A DNA stretch of 64,000 bases, from assembly GCA_000002445.1 (NCBI GenBank), contig AL929603.2, positions 1,000,673-1,064,672 of the forward strand, read 5' to 3'. Both the position numbers and the translations under genes were made by a program. Source of the DNA: Trypanosoma brucei. Its lineage: Eukaryota. Shown in pieces: positions 37,899 to 49,496 of this stretch (within the stretch, counting starts at the first letter, position 1; each line of letters starts with the position of its first letter). The notes beneath the pieces were generated by a model. It was not told the DNA's origin and ran no database searches. It was given only the letters and a program-made list of their open reading frames with translations.

Positions 37899-39135
37899 TT
37901 GCATGTTTACATTTTCATACATGTTCCCGTCCCCAAATATAAGCGCATACTTGCTGCAGCGCGCGCTAACGTATAACCTATGAGTGGATGCATCGCTTAC
38001 GTTGACTGATGTGTGTTCATAAAATTATCTTTTCCTTTTGGTTGCTGTGCTTGCTTGTGCAGGTGTGGATGTGCGTGTGCACCGCGTATGCGAAGAAAAA
38101 ATGGGGCGTGGTGGGTTGCACTCGTGCAAATTTCTGTGCTATCATGGTCGGACTGTGGTGCATGGATCATTCGTGAAGTAAAAGCGAACAGAGCTCTGCG
38201 TGGTTGAAGTGTTTCTCGCCTTCACAAACATGTATTGAATGTGGTGTCGCCATAAAACCTGGTGTGTCGCAGTGGTTGTTATGATGAGCATTCGCGCCGT
38301 CCAATAACATTACTCCAGTACAGAATGAGAGGTTGGTCGCTTTGTGCGAAGGGAGATTGCCAGAACGTCCCATATAGAGGAGAGATAGATAAATCATTCA
38401 TGTGTTTTGGAGGCGTATTGACTGCAGAGGGTCTGCAAGCGAAAAGTTCAAAAGTTTGTTGGTGCACCGGTGTGCTACGGAATTTGTGTAATGCAAACCC
38501 TTTGTGCCCTTCTCCTGTGCATCATACGCTGAGTTTTGGCGGGTGCAGAAAAATTGGTAACGCTTGACGGATGCGCTATCTATTGGTGCGTTTGAGTTCA
38601 TCATCAATAAAGACGCGATCTTCCGGATTACGAACAGTGAATATGTTGCAATCGCGGTACATGGATCATTTGCAGTGTAAGATAATAGCGGTTTCTCGCG
38701 TACGATAAACACTCTATTACATGCACAGTTTCAGAGAATGCTGTGGCCTTTTCATAAAAAACGGAACAGTTATGGGTGAATGAAACTCCGTCACTGTATA
38801 ATAAATAGTAACTAAATCAACCCTTTTAGTAACGATACCAACCAAGAAAATAAAATATTTACTGACCCGAAAAACGATAGTACGTTATTATTCAATTAAA
38901 TGTGAGAGAAAATGCAAAGGTAGCTTTACTAACAATGCTGCAGGCGGTGGAAGATTCATAATGATGGACAAGTATACACCAAAGTGTTTAATACCTATTA
39001 CAGCAGCACTGACTGCTCAATTTTACGTGGTGTTGCAAGAACTATTTCCCATCATTATTGATTACCTCTGGTAGTTTGTGCTTTTGTTGTGGCATGGTTT
39101 GCTATCCACTGGTTTTTTGTAGGCAATAATAGAAA

Positions 39136-40122
39136 ATGAAGGTTGTTATTGTAGAGTTAGTGATTTCATTATTGCTTGTAGTTTACGTTTGTGGGGCGGA
39201 AGAAGACGGTACTTGCAGGTTGGTGGCAGATTCTGGGGGACACTCACACTTAAATGAGTCCGTTTGCTATCTCAGTTGCCTTTCGAGTGCGTTGAATAAA
39301 TTATACACTGATGGTGAGAGGAAAATGCTTGTGAATGAGGAAGTATATGCAAATGCGTCTCGTATACTGGATGATATGGAAGGTAAAACAGGTGAAAGCA
39401 CAGAGTATTTGAGTGTTATCAGCGGTGTAATGGAAAGTGAACATGATAAATTGGAAAAGCTTATAACTTATGGAAATGAAATGGGAGATTTTGTAGCTAA
39501 GGCAGGTGGATTATTTGCTGAGGTTAATGAGAGTGTGAGGGAAGTGAGGAAAGTATTACCCAGTGCCCTCATGGAAGCAAATAAATACTATGCAGCCATT
39601 GCTGAGATTACAAGAACTCTTTGGGATGATGCTAAGGCGGTGAAGAGCGACGATGAGGAAGTCTTACAGTGTAGAAACGGGAAAATTATAAGTACAGGGG
39701 AGTTTGCAGTCAAGTGTAGCGCCCATACGTGTCCACTAGAAGCCAATGTGACAGAGAGTAACCTCAAAATGTACAAGGATGGCTGTCTCGAAATAAATGT
39801 AATGGGTGGTTCTGTTAGCAAATGCTTCAATTTACCAAGGAATAACTTGTATATAAGCGGTGCAAGAATTAATTCGAGTGGTGTGTTGGAATGGTTTGAA
39901 AACGGTGCCTCCTTTTTTCGACTTATAGTCAAGGTTCAGGACATCTTCGCACCCCTTATCGCACCTTTTGCAGCCGGGAAACCGCCCTCTGTACTTCTTA
40001 CAAAGATGACAAATATCACTTCCCTTTACTCTCAATTTAACAAAGTTCACAACAACTTTACTTCGCTGCTGCTCGAAAACAATATCACTGGGAATGTGAA
40101 TAAAACAAGATCAAGCTTCTAA
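39136..40122 (+). CDS. Secreted glycoprotein, member 3 of the ~325-aa paralog family.
   Basis: A 328-aa ORF with the conserved LNESVCYLSCLSSALNKLYTDGERKMLVNEEVYANASRILDDMEGKTGES block. Its 3' flank is homologous to the 3' flanks of 21184 and 32445. Confidence 0.7.
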   Translation: MKVVIVELVISLLLVVYVCGAEEDGTCRLVADSGGHSHLNESVCYLSCLSSALNKLYTDGERKMLVNEEVYANASRILDDMEGKTGESTEYLSVISGVMESEHDKLEKLITYGNEMGDFVAKAGGLFAEVNESVREVRKVLPSALMEANKYYAAIAEITRTLWDDAKAVKSDDEEVLQCRNGKIISTGEFAVKCSAHTCPLEANVTESNLKMYKDGCLEINVMGGSVSKCFNLPRNNLYISGARINSSGVLEWFENGASFFRLIVKVQDIFAPLIAPFAAGKPPSVLLTKMTNITSLYSQFNKVHNNFTSLLLENNITGNVNKTRSSF

Positions 40123-41473
40123 CAAGTACGTTTATATACATTTTCTCCTGTCTACTGATGTTTTTGCATACATGCTTTTGTGCGAGTTCGCACGGGTACA
40201 CGTACTTAACAATTTTTGTTGTTATTGACATGCCATGTTTTCATGAAAAAAATCTTTTCTAAACCTTTTGTAGTGTAAGTGTAATTACATCTCGATTAAT
40301 GGAATACATGTTATTCTTCTGTGTGCCTAGTAAGACATATTTCTGGTAGCTTACCTTTCAGAGCTTTTCTTTTATCGTAGGAGTTGAAAAATATGTAGGG
40401 AATGAGAGTGAAGCATTGGCGAGAATAGCGATTAATCAGTTGCCGCGTTGCGACGTTGGATCCGGGGAATGCGACATAGGTGTGATTCGCCAGTTGTCGC
40501 CCTTTCTTTACTAAATTTTGTAGGCGCACCACTGTTTCTTTTCCCTTTTTCGTAGCTGCCTCAGCTATTCTTAGGGTTTCTGTTGCTTCAAAGTTTGTCT
40601 ATCCAGTTTTCTGTTTTCAAAGCGGCTGCTGCCTTGTTTTCCGTCAGCTCTCTGAAGTCAGCGCGCCCTTCGTTGGTTGCCGAGCCACAATTGTCAGCCG
40701 TTGGTTTTGTGCCGAGGTAAACTAAGGCGCCGCTGACCGTTTTTTTGTCTTTTTGTTGTCGCATGTTTGCTGTTTTTGTGTTTTTGCTGCGCTTGTTTCT
40801 TTTGCAAACCTGACTCTTGTGCTAATGCTGCCGCTACTGCGCAGGTGTCTGCCTATAGGAGCTTTTGTTCCGGGCCGTCAGAGCCTGGTTTTATGTGCAG
40901 CTCCTCAAGCTTTTTCAGTAACGCCGGTGAGTCAGCGCCCGCAACGTCTCCGAACAAACCTTTGATTATCCTGGTAAGTTTTGTCGTTTCTGTAACGTCC
41001 TTGTTGCCGACAGGTTCCTTGATTGCATCTGCTAGCCCCGCTGCTGGCGCCTCCGTATTGATGATACTCTTGGTGTCGGCAGTTGTTGTAAATGCCAGTG
41101 CCGCCGTCTCCGCAAATACCGTATCTAGGTCGGTGAGGGTGGACTTGTGTTGCTTCACGCCTTCGAGTTCTCCTATTTTGCTGCCGCAGTTTCTGTCGCC
41201 GGCTAACTCGCTAGTCGATGTTCTACACGAACCAGCACCGAATCTGATGGCACCGTGTGGTGGTTGCCCTTGTAAAAATTTGATGCCGTGGACCGTTTTA
41301 AAGGTGCAGTCGGCCCCCGTTTGTGTGTTTGCCGTTGCAAATTTTCCCTGTGTATTGGTGAGCTCAGGCGAGCTCCTGCAGCCGCCTATATGTCCAGCTA
41401 CGGCGGCTGCACCTCCCGCAATTAAGATGTAGCTGTTGGCTGTGTCGGTGTTGTCATTCTGTTTCCGCTGGCG

Positions 41474-43957
41474 ATGCTGGCCACATCAAGGTGGTGCCAG
41501 GGTCCAGTACCCCGTATCATCGGGGGAAGCCAAGAGCCAGCAGCGTTCCTTTCATGGGGAACAATGCTTTGCTTCGGCTACGGCATCATACAGCACAGGG
41601 ATCAGCAGCGTCTTGCTGGGACACCGTTTTTCATTTGTTGGTCCCTGGGCACGTGCCAGCGTGCCATCAGCAGTATCATCCGCACTAAGATGCTGCTGTC
41701 CGGTGATGTGGAAGAGAATCCCAGCCCGTCGTTGCGCGGGATGCAGTGGAACTGCGCCGGGCTATCTCAAGGAAAGAGATTAGCACTCCACAAAACCCTT
41801 GTTGATGAGCGGATCGCCTTTTGTCTGTTGAGCGAGACAAGGATGACGCCTGGAGAGGCGGCTTGCTTTAGCGTTGCTGGCTGCCAACATCACGGAAAAG
41901 CTCGTAACTGCAAAGGAGGTGGTGTATCAATACTAGTGAGGGAGGACCTACCAATCGAGACAGGTATGGCTGTTGTTGGTCGCATTGAACAAGTGCATGC
42001 AACAATTCACCTTGCACGTGAAACGGCACTGACCGTCACGTCGGCATACATCCCACCAAAACACACCTTCACGGCAACTGACCTAGATACGCTTCTTACG
42101 ACTGACGGTGCCCAGCTCATCGGTGCAGACGCTAACGCACACGCGTTGGCATGGGATCGCGCGAGCCCACCAAATACCAAGGGTGAAACCCTCACACAGT
42201 GGTGCATTGACAACCAGTTTCTGGTCTGCAACACTGGTGAGTGCACCAGGTACGCGCGCCACCACGGGGAGTCCACCCCTGATGTGACACTGTCAAGGAA
42301 TTGCACAGTGTACACGTGGACATCGCTGTATTCTCCCGATAGCGATCACCATCACATATTTTTCGACGTTATCGTTGGAGACGACACAGATGCACTGAGT
42401 TGCCCGCAGCTTCGAAAGCCCATGTACGCATGGCTAAAAGCTAACTGGAGGAATTTCCGTCTCAAGGTTGACGAGCTCTGCAGGAAAATTGGCAGAGAGA
42501 AGAACGTCAACACCCTGGAACAGAAATTGAGCTCCGCCATCCGCACTGCGACGAAGGTCTCCGTCCCCCGTGGCTGCAGAGCAACGCCACCACATTGGAC
42601 ACCTGCGCTCGCGAAACTCGATGAAGAGATCGCTGGATGCGGACCCTCCTACCGAAGGGAAAAGTTGGTAGCCACGCGTAAGCAGATCCTGGACCGTACC
42701 ACAAAGAAGAGATGGAGCACGCTATGCTCCAGACTTGCGGTGTCAGACCGCTGCAGTTGGCACATTGTCAAGAAGGTATATGCGCCACGACCACTAACCA
42801 CACTGACGGTACTGGTTGATAACGTGGCCATCACAGACTACCGTCAAGCTGAGAGGTTCAGTAAACTGTACTTGTCCCGCGCAAGAAGGCACCCCGACTC
42901 ACACCCACCGGCACCAATAAAGACGATAGCGAGTGAGTTCAGTCCCATCACGATGGCTGAACTACGGAGATCGATCAAACTGCTTCCGAGTGGATCCGCA
43001 GCCGGACCTGATTGCTTACACAACGAGGCACTGCAACATCTCGGTAGAACAGCGCTGAATGTTGTTCTGAGGCTATTCAATGAGAGCCTACGAGCGGGAG
43101 TCGTGCCGCCTGCATGGAAGACTGGTGTTATCATCCCCATCCTGAAGGCCGGAAAAAAGGCGGAGGACCTCGAATCTTACAGGCCTGTGACGCTCACGAG
43201 CTGTCTCTGCAAAGTCATGGAACGCATAATTGCCGCGAGGCTTAGAGACACTGTTGAGTCCCAGCTGACGCCGCAGCAATCAGGCTTTCGCCCCGGATGC
43301 TCAACGCTCGAACAACTGCTGCACGTCCGCGCTGCCCTCTGCCGTCCCACGCACCAATATCGTACGGGTGCTGTATTCGTTGACTACGAGAAGGCATTCG
43401 ATACAGTAGACCACGACAAAATTGCGAGGGAAATGCACATAATGAAGGTATCACCCCACATTGTGAAGTGGTGCGTATCATTTCTGAGTAACCGAACTGG
43501 CAGAGTGAGATTCAAGGAGAAGCTTTCCAGAAGCAGAACATTTGAGCGAGGAGTGCCACAAGGAACTGTCCTTGGCCCAATCATGTTCATTATTGTCATG
43601 AACTCGTTGAGCCAACGCCTTGCAGAAGTGCCGTTACTGCAGCACGGATTCTTTGCAGACGACCTGACGCTACTTGCGAGACACACAGAGAGGGATGTCA
43701 TCAACCACACACTACAATGCGGTCTAAACGTGGTGTTACAGTGGTCAAAAGAGTACTTCATGTCTGTCAACGTAGCGAAAACGAAGTGCACACTCTTCGG
43801 GTGTACAGAGCGCCACTTCCTTACATTGCAACTGGACGGCGAAAGAATAGGAGCTGACAGGACACCGAAGCTTCTAGGAGTAACATTCCAGTGTCTGCAA
43901 GGGATGGGAACACATGCGGCCGAAACGAGATGCAAGATGGACTTCAGACTACTGTAG
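41474..43957 (+). pseudogene. ingi ORF fragment: endonuclease plus reverse-transcriptase domains, 827 aa, terminated by an in-frame stop.
   Basis: RT palm motifs include YRPVTLTSCLCKVMERI, VFVDYEKAFDTV and GFFADDLTL. The next ORF at 44042 is in the same frame. Confidence 0.75.
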
Positions 43958-44041
43958 ATAGCAGCCATCTCAGCTTCTACATGGGGGCCAAGACGATAAG
44001 TACTGAGAGCTTTTTATCTAGCACTCGTACAGGCACACACC

Positions 44042-46450
44042 ATGTATGGCATTGAGGTATGGTACTGGGACGCTTCGGAACGAAGTCGCGACCTCCTTGC
44101 ATCAGCACAACACAAAGCCAGTTGCATCATAGCTGGCATACCACATGGGACGCGCAAAGAGGACTCTCTGCTGGAAGCAAACATCCTGCCACTCAAGACG
44201 GCCACTCTTGTGCGCAGCATGAAATTCGTGCTGATGTGTGAGTCACGAGGCGGATGTTTGCGGCGCAGTGCTGAAGAAGTATACCACAGCAAACACCCAG
44301 TCAGAGCCCTACATTCCCGCATCATGCGGTCCTATCCCCACCTCCGCATTGAGCCACGCGAGAACCCACTAGAGACATCGACGCTCCGCCACAGCTGCCG
44401 ACCGCTATTTCACACGCAGATAAAGCCTGTGTGCGCTGGTGACCCTGACGATGTCAAAAGGGAGGCTTCCGAAAAGTGGATTGAACGGCATTTTGCACGG
44501 AGGGGGAAGGAGCCACCGCGGCGAGAGCACTACGAATTGTGGACTGATGGATCCGTGTCCCTCGGTGAGAAGTCCGGAGAAGCTGCCCTTCTCTATAGAA
44601 ACAACACGCTGATTTGCGCACCCAAAACTGGAGCAGGGGAACTCTCATGCAGTTACAGAGCGGAATGCGTAGCATTAGAGATAGGACTGCAACGGCTGCT
44701 GAAATGGCTTCCGGCATACAGAAGCACACCGAGCAGGTTGTCCATCTTCTCTGACTCGCTGTCAATGTTAACAGCACTGCAGACAGGCCCCCTAGCCGTA
44801 ACGGACCCAATTCTGAGACGACTATGGAGGCTTCTGCTTCAAGTTCAGAGAAGGAAGTTGCGTATCCGACTGCCATTTGTGTTTGGCCATTGTGGCGTGA
44901 AACGGAATGACGTTTGCGATGACATGGCGAAAAAGGCCACTGATTTACCACAGTTGCGAGACACATTGATCCCCGACATCATTGCTTATGCGAAGCGAGT
45001 GATTAGGTCGGAAGAAGTCCATGAGAACACTCATAGGTTTGGTATCACGGGAAACCACTTTCCAACAAAACATAAAGAAGAACTGACGAGGGAAGAAGAA
45101 ACGGCACTGGCACGCTTTCGAGTTGGGTCTTCAAGACACTATGGATGGATGTTGCGAAAGATCAACCCGAGTGTGCCTCCACAGTGCCGATGGTGCAACC
45201 CGCAACATGCAGAGATAGGGCCAACAATACAAACGGCCCCAACTGTTGCGACACACACTCTTCAGAGAACCTCCGAACCAACTAAATGTACGGAATGTGA
45301 TGCCACATACCAATGCCGCTCGAGTGCTGTAATGCATATGGTAAACAAACATGGCTTTGTGCGAGCTGATGCCCTCCGGAGGATCAAATACGGCGATGCA
45401 ACACCCGCAGTGGACATCCCCCCGGAGCCCCCTCCAGTGGTGGCGATCGTTCCTCTACCATCGAGCACACGAGTCCCAATGAGACCGCAGGTGCTTCATT
45501 GTACCCTTCTGTGCCTCCAAATTCGCAGTGCCAGGCCGACTATTACACCACCTTAGAACAATACATGGCATAGGCAGCGGTAGTTGCCGCGTGAAAAGGG
45601 GGCGAGAGAACGAAGACTCATTGCAAGGAGATGGTAGAGCCCCAGCAGCGCCAGCCTCTCAGGATACACGGAAGCTGCCGTTTCAATGTGACCTGTGCGA
45701 GGCGAGCTTCGGTACACGTTCTTCCCTGTCACTACACAAGAAATTCAAACATAAAAGCATAGTGACGGAGGACGGTAACTTTGTGGCGGTGGTGCAATTC
45801 CCTCGTAAGCGTGCCCGTGAGGGAAACGTTGACGTCCCGGGGAAAGGCGAGGTGCAGTGTGGTGTGTGCCAAAAAGTGCTCAGTTGCAGGGACTCCCTCA
45901 TCCGACACTGCAAGGCTTTCTATAAAGGTGAGGAAGTCGAACTTAAATACAGCAAGAGCACAAAATTGTGTGCCACTGATTCCCCGCATACAAACGCATC
46001 CATGTTGGTTTGCCCGACATGCGGGAGGCGTGTGCTAGCAAAACTGGCCTCACCCTACATCAAAAGAAGATGCACGGTATGAAGGTAGAGCGCGCTGTTA
46101 CCAGCCAACGCGGCGACTGCGAAGAAACGTCGCTGCACTTGATGAGCTGTCCCGGTTTGAAGGAGTTACGTGTCAGGTTTGCGGTAGAAGGCGTGTGTGT
46201 GCAGGATGTATGTTTCTCTAAAAGGCTGGCGCAGTTTCTCATTGCGGTTGAACGGAGCCGGCCGCAGGTGAAGTCCTCACCTAAGGTAACAGTCATACAA
46301 CCCACTCTCCCTTCTGCAACTTCCCCCCTTATTGCCGAGTGTGGAGCTAGCAGGAAAAGCACCGGACGCAGGAATAGTCCAGACACCCTTAGAGACAGAG
46401 GGGGTATGCAATCAACAAGCAACAGAAACAGAAAGAGGGAGAGAGAATAA
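44042..46450 (+). pseudogene. ingi ORF fragments: RNase H and C2H2 zinc-finger region, split by two frameshifts.
   Basis: RNase H D/E/D signature residues are present. Three CxxC...HxxxH fingers are present. The frame changes at about 45528 and about 46010. Confidence 0.7.
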
Positions 46451-46639
46451 TAAACTAATAACAAAAGTCAAAACAAAAGGATTGCTAATTGACATCTTTG
46501 GGAGAGTCCGGGGTTGGGGGCTTCTCGCCCCATCTGCTGTATTCCGTTCAACTGCGGAGCTACAACAAAAATTATAGAGGTGTTAGGCTTAATAAAAAAA
46601 GGGAGACTCTGCCACAGTCGCCAGACCGATAGCATCTCA

Positions 46640-47300
46640 GGGCTCTACGGTGATAGCTGATGGCCGCGCCAGTGGGGGGAAACTCCCACGAAGGCACGAA
46701 GAAAATTCCAAAAAAAAATCTTTCGAGGTTGGTTGCTTGTCTGTGAGGGTTAGGTCTCCAGTTCTTTGAAAGCGGTTTAAGGTTGTTGACAATTTTTTGT
46801 ATGTATTCACTTGTTTTTTCTTTAAGTGTTCCCCAGCTTCTTGGCGTATGTCTGCTTTTTAGATGACTGGACCTCGCTGAGCTGTTATTTTCGACGTTGA
46901 ACGTCTGGTGTACTGGTTGCCATTGCTGGCAGCTGTACCGCTGAGCTTGTCCGTCGGCCAGGGTGTTTCTGTCTGCTCTTTTGTCGCTGGTTGTGGCTGA
47001 GGTCGTATTTTAAACCCAAAGGCGAAAATCTTCAAAACCGACAACTTTTCTGATGCTATTGGTTTTGGAGTTTGCTGTAGTGGAGTCATCCTAATCCTCT
47101 GATGTTGGTCGCTGCGCTTCCGTTTTTAACTCTGTCTCAACGAAAATAGGTATTGTATTTTAACGCAACAATATCCTTGGGAGCCGGTGCACCTGCAAGT
47201 CCTGAGCTAACTCAGCATTTAAATTTTACAGTTTCTGAGTATTAAAAACATTTCTCGCTTCAAAAGGTCAACCACTAACACTTTCATAACCAATATCTAA
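46640..47300 (+). mobile_element. Possible second retroelement 5' fragment (ingi/RIME-like), truncated.
   Basis: The segment 46720-47300 resembles the 5' leader of the ingi at 40560-40800 in composition and short motifs (ttcaaagcggc / ttgaaagcggtt, agggtt). The junction motif gccgcgccagtggggggaaactcccacgaaggcacgaagaaaattccaaaaaaaaa lies at 46664-46721. This is a weak call. Confidence 0.3.
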
Positions 47301-47330
47301 CTTCTCTCCATGTAGCGCACAAGTTTTCAG

Positions 47331-48375
47331 TTATCCTAGATTCTGGTTTCTAAATTCCTTTCTCTCAAACTTGTTATGCCAAGTTAAGTTTGTCATAATT
47401 TCTTTTGCCCTTTTCTGCCAAGAGAACGCGTTTCCTGCTAGATGAAGTAATTCTGCTTCTCCAATGGCGCCGCTGACGTGTATGGAAAAGAAACGCTCTT
47501 CGTAATCCAATCCAATTATTCTTGGTAAAAGAAGTCTCGTGCCGATATTTTGCTCTTTGTACACACTCCAAAGAAGTAACGGCATATATATGCTCCGCTC
47601 TGACCACTACTCATCGCTCATTTTATGCATTTCATTAAACGCCTTTCCAAACATTCTGAATGCCCAAACTCTTGCTATTATATCACCACCATTCAAGTAT
47701 GCTTTTTGATTTGCAGGCCACTTAATTAAATGCGTTAGGTTCAGCCGCTCTTCCACCAAGTAAGAGACTTTGAAAAACCACGCGCACCTCTCTATATGGC
47801 CTCTCTGTTTTGATTTCAAAATCAAATCCAACTGAGGCGCATAACACTCAGCTGCCGACATGAATAGAATAGGGTAAAATTGTTTCTCTTTTAAATTATC
47901 ATCTTCTCTAAAATTCTCTTCATTTGCAGTAGTATTTTAAATATTCTACCGCATTCTCATACTTATTTTCATCATAAGAAATAACATCAGATCCGTCTAC
48001 AGTTATTACAATATCCTCATCACTTGTATTCTGTTTCTCCAAAAACTCCATGACCCATCTAGGCCTCTTAACATGACTGTACAAAGCTCCCATTTCAATT
48101 GTAATAATTTCGACATTGCTTAGTTTCGCACTCAATATGAGCCTACACCATCCTTGCGTTGCATGAGTTTGAACTCCAACCACAAATACTCTTGGGTTCT
48201 TAGGATAATTCTGTGTTGTGTTTTTTGTGTCATCGTTATCAAGAGATACGGCGCTTACACACACTAAATGTAATAGCAATGGTAATGATAAAGCTCTCGA
48301 GATACCAAATTTCATGCCATAATATACCTTCAAAATTTGAGAAAATACTGTAGAAAAAATAGAACATCGTAACAA
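47331..48375 (-). pseudogene. ESAG3-like or glycosyltransferase-like pseudogene, copy 1. It has an N-terminal signal anchor and is frameshifted into three ORFs.
   Basis: Three consecutive minus-strand ORFs (47920..48375, 47607..47861, 47331..47585) read as one gene (MKFGISRALSLPLLLHLVCVSAVS...VFVVGVQTHATQGW...IVITVDGSDV...). The family assignment comes from memory of array architecture and is not verified. Confidence 0.5.
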
Positions 48376-49189
48376 AGGAACTCAGTTGCGCCAGAAAAGT
48401 GCTTGTTTAAAGAATAATGTTAACAAACGTAAGTAATGCCTTGTTATTTTTATGATATATGTGCTGATGACTGTAAGTTCGGTGTTTTCACAATATTTTC
48501 GAGTACATATCTACGGGATTTATTTTACAAGTAAACTTCTTTTACAAAACCTAGTTCCAAACATTACTTGCATTACACTGTTCGTTGCATTTAAACACCC
48601 CTCTATGTATTCTTTTGCAAACTGTAACGGTGAGGTGCACTCATACGTTGACACATACTATGTATTTAACTGTTTAATCTAAGAACTACCCCAAACATCT
48701 TGTTTCTTGATGAGGGTCCCCTAAATATAGATTCATAAACTACTGCTACTATTGTCTCCACCATTTTCACAGTAGCATCTATCTATATCTGTGTAAATTC
48801 TGCGCACTATTTCTCTTGTGTACTTTTTGATCTGTCTTACTCCACCACTCTTTGTGTTGTTACATTTGGTATTTTCTTTCCTTCTCTTTACTTCTTCTTC
48901 CACTGCTTTTACAGATAACGTCGAGACTCTATTTTGGTCCAACAGTGCATTCTGTTTCTCCATTGTTTTTCCCTTCGTTACCTCCTCCTGTATAATGATT
49001 CCCATACTCGTGTTTCTGTTTAAAACTTCTCATATTCAATTTTTTCTCTCTTACTTTCTATCCATTTCCTTTAATAATGTTTATTGGGCGTAATCACTAA
49101 TTTCCCCCACTGATTAATACCGACTTCATCCTTTCCATTGTTTTAAGTGCTTATATTTTTGTTTCCAGTAGTTTTTCTTTACCATGCAT

Positions 49190-49300
49190 ATCACAGTATT
49201 AGTATATACACACTCACAACACCATCCTATCATTATTATTATAACCATAACTAATATGCACGAAATAAACAAAATAATATTAATTATAATAAGACCCATT
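49190..49300 (-). repeat. Single 70-bp repeat unit in minus orientation.
   Basis: The reverse complement reads ..ataatgataggatggtgttgtgagtgtgtatatac.., matching the core of the 70-bp array at 59.7-60.5 kb. Confidence 0.6.
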
Positions 49301-49496
49301 TTTAATACCCTATTACTATATTTTTTGAAACCCACATGCCACTTTTATATACACATTACTAAATGTATCATTTTAAAATTTTTCTTAAATTTTTATATTT
49401 TCTCAAAGTTTTAAAAAAAGTATTAAAATATTCTTATAAAATAGCAGAATCTCATAAATTTCATAAGATTGAGCATAACGCTTTTACCAATAATTC

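Larger units (their letters stand above)
40540..46640 (+). mobile_element. Degenerate ingi-type non-LTR (LINE-like) retrotransposon; the coding region is a pseudogene.
   Basis: Consecutive + strand ORFs (41474..43957, 44042..45556, 45528..46082, 46010..46450) are broken by one in-frame stop at 43955-43957 and by frameshifts. They encode an APE-type endonuclease start (LQWNCAGL...), reverse transcriptase motifs (FADDLTLLA), RNase H (LWTDGSVS..AECVALE..FSDSLS) and three C2H2 zinc fingers (CTECDATYQC..H..H, FQCDLCEASF..H..H, CGVCQKVL..H). The 5' boundary is approximate. Confidence 0.8.

Noticed and set aside
40767-41432. The 221-aa Ser/Ala/Val-rich ORF, considered as an independent gene.
   Set aside because: It lies inside the 5' portion of the ingi element, is low-complexity, and is more likely the element's degenerate leader/ORF start than a host gene.
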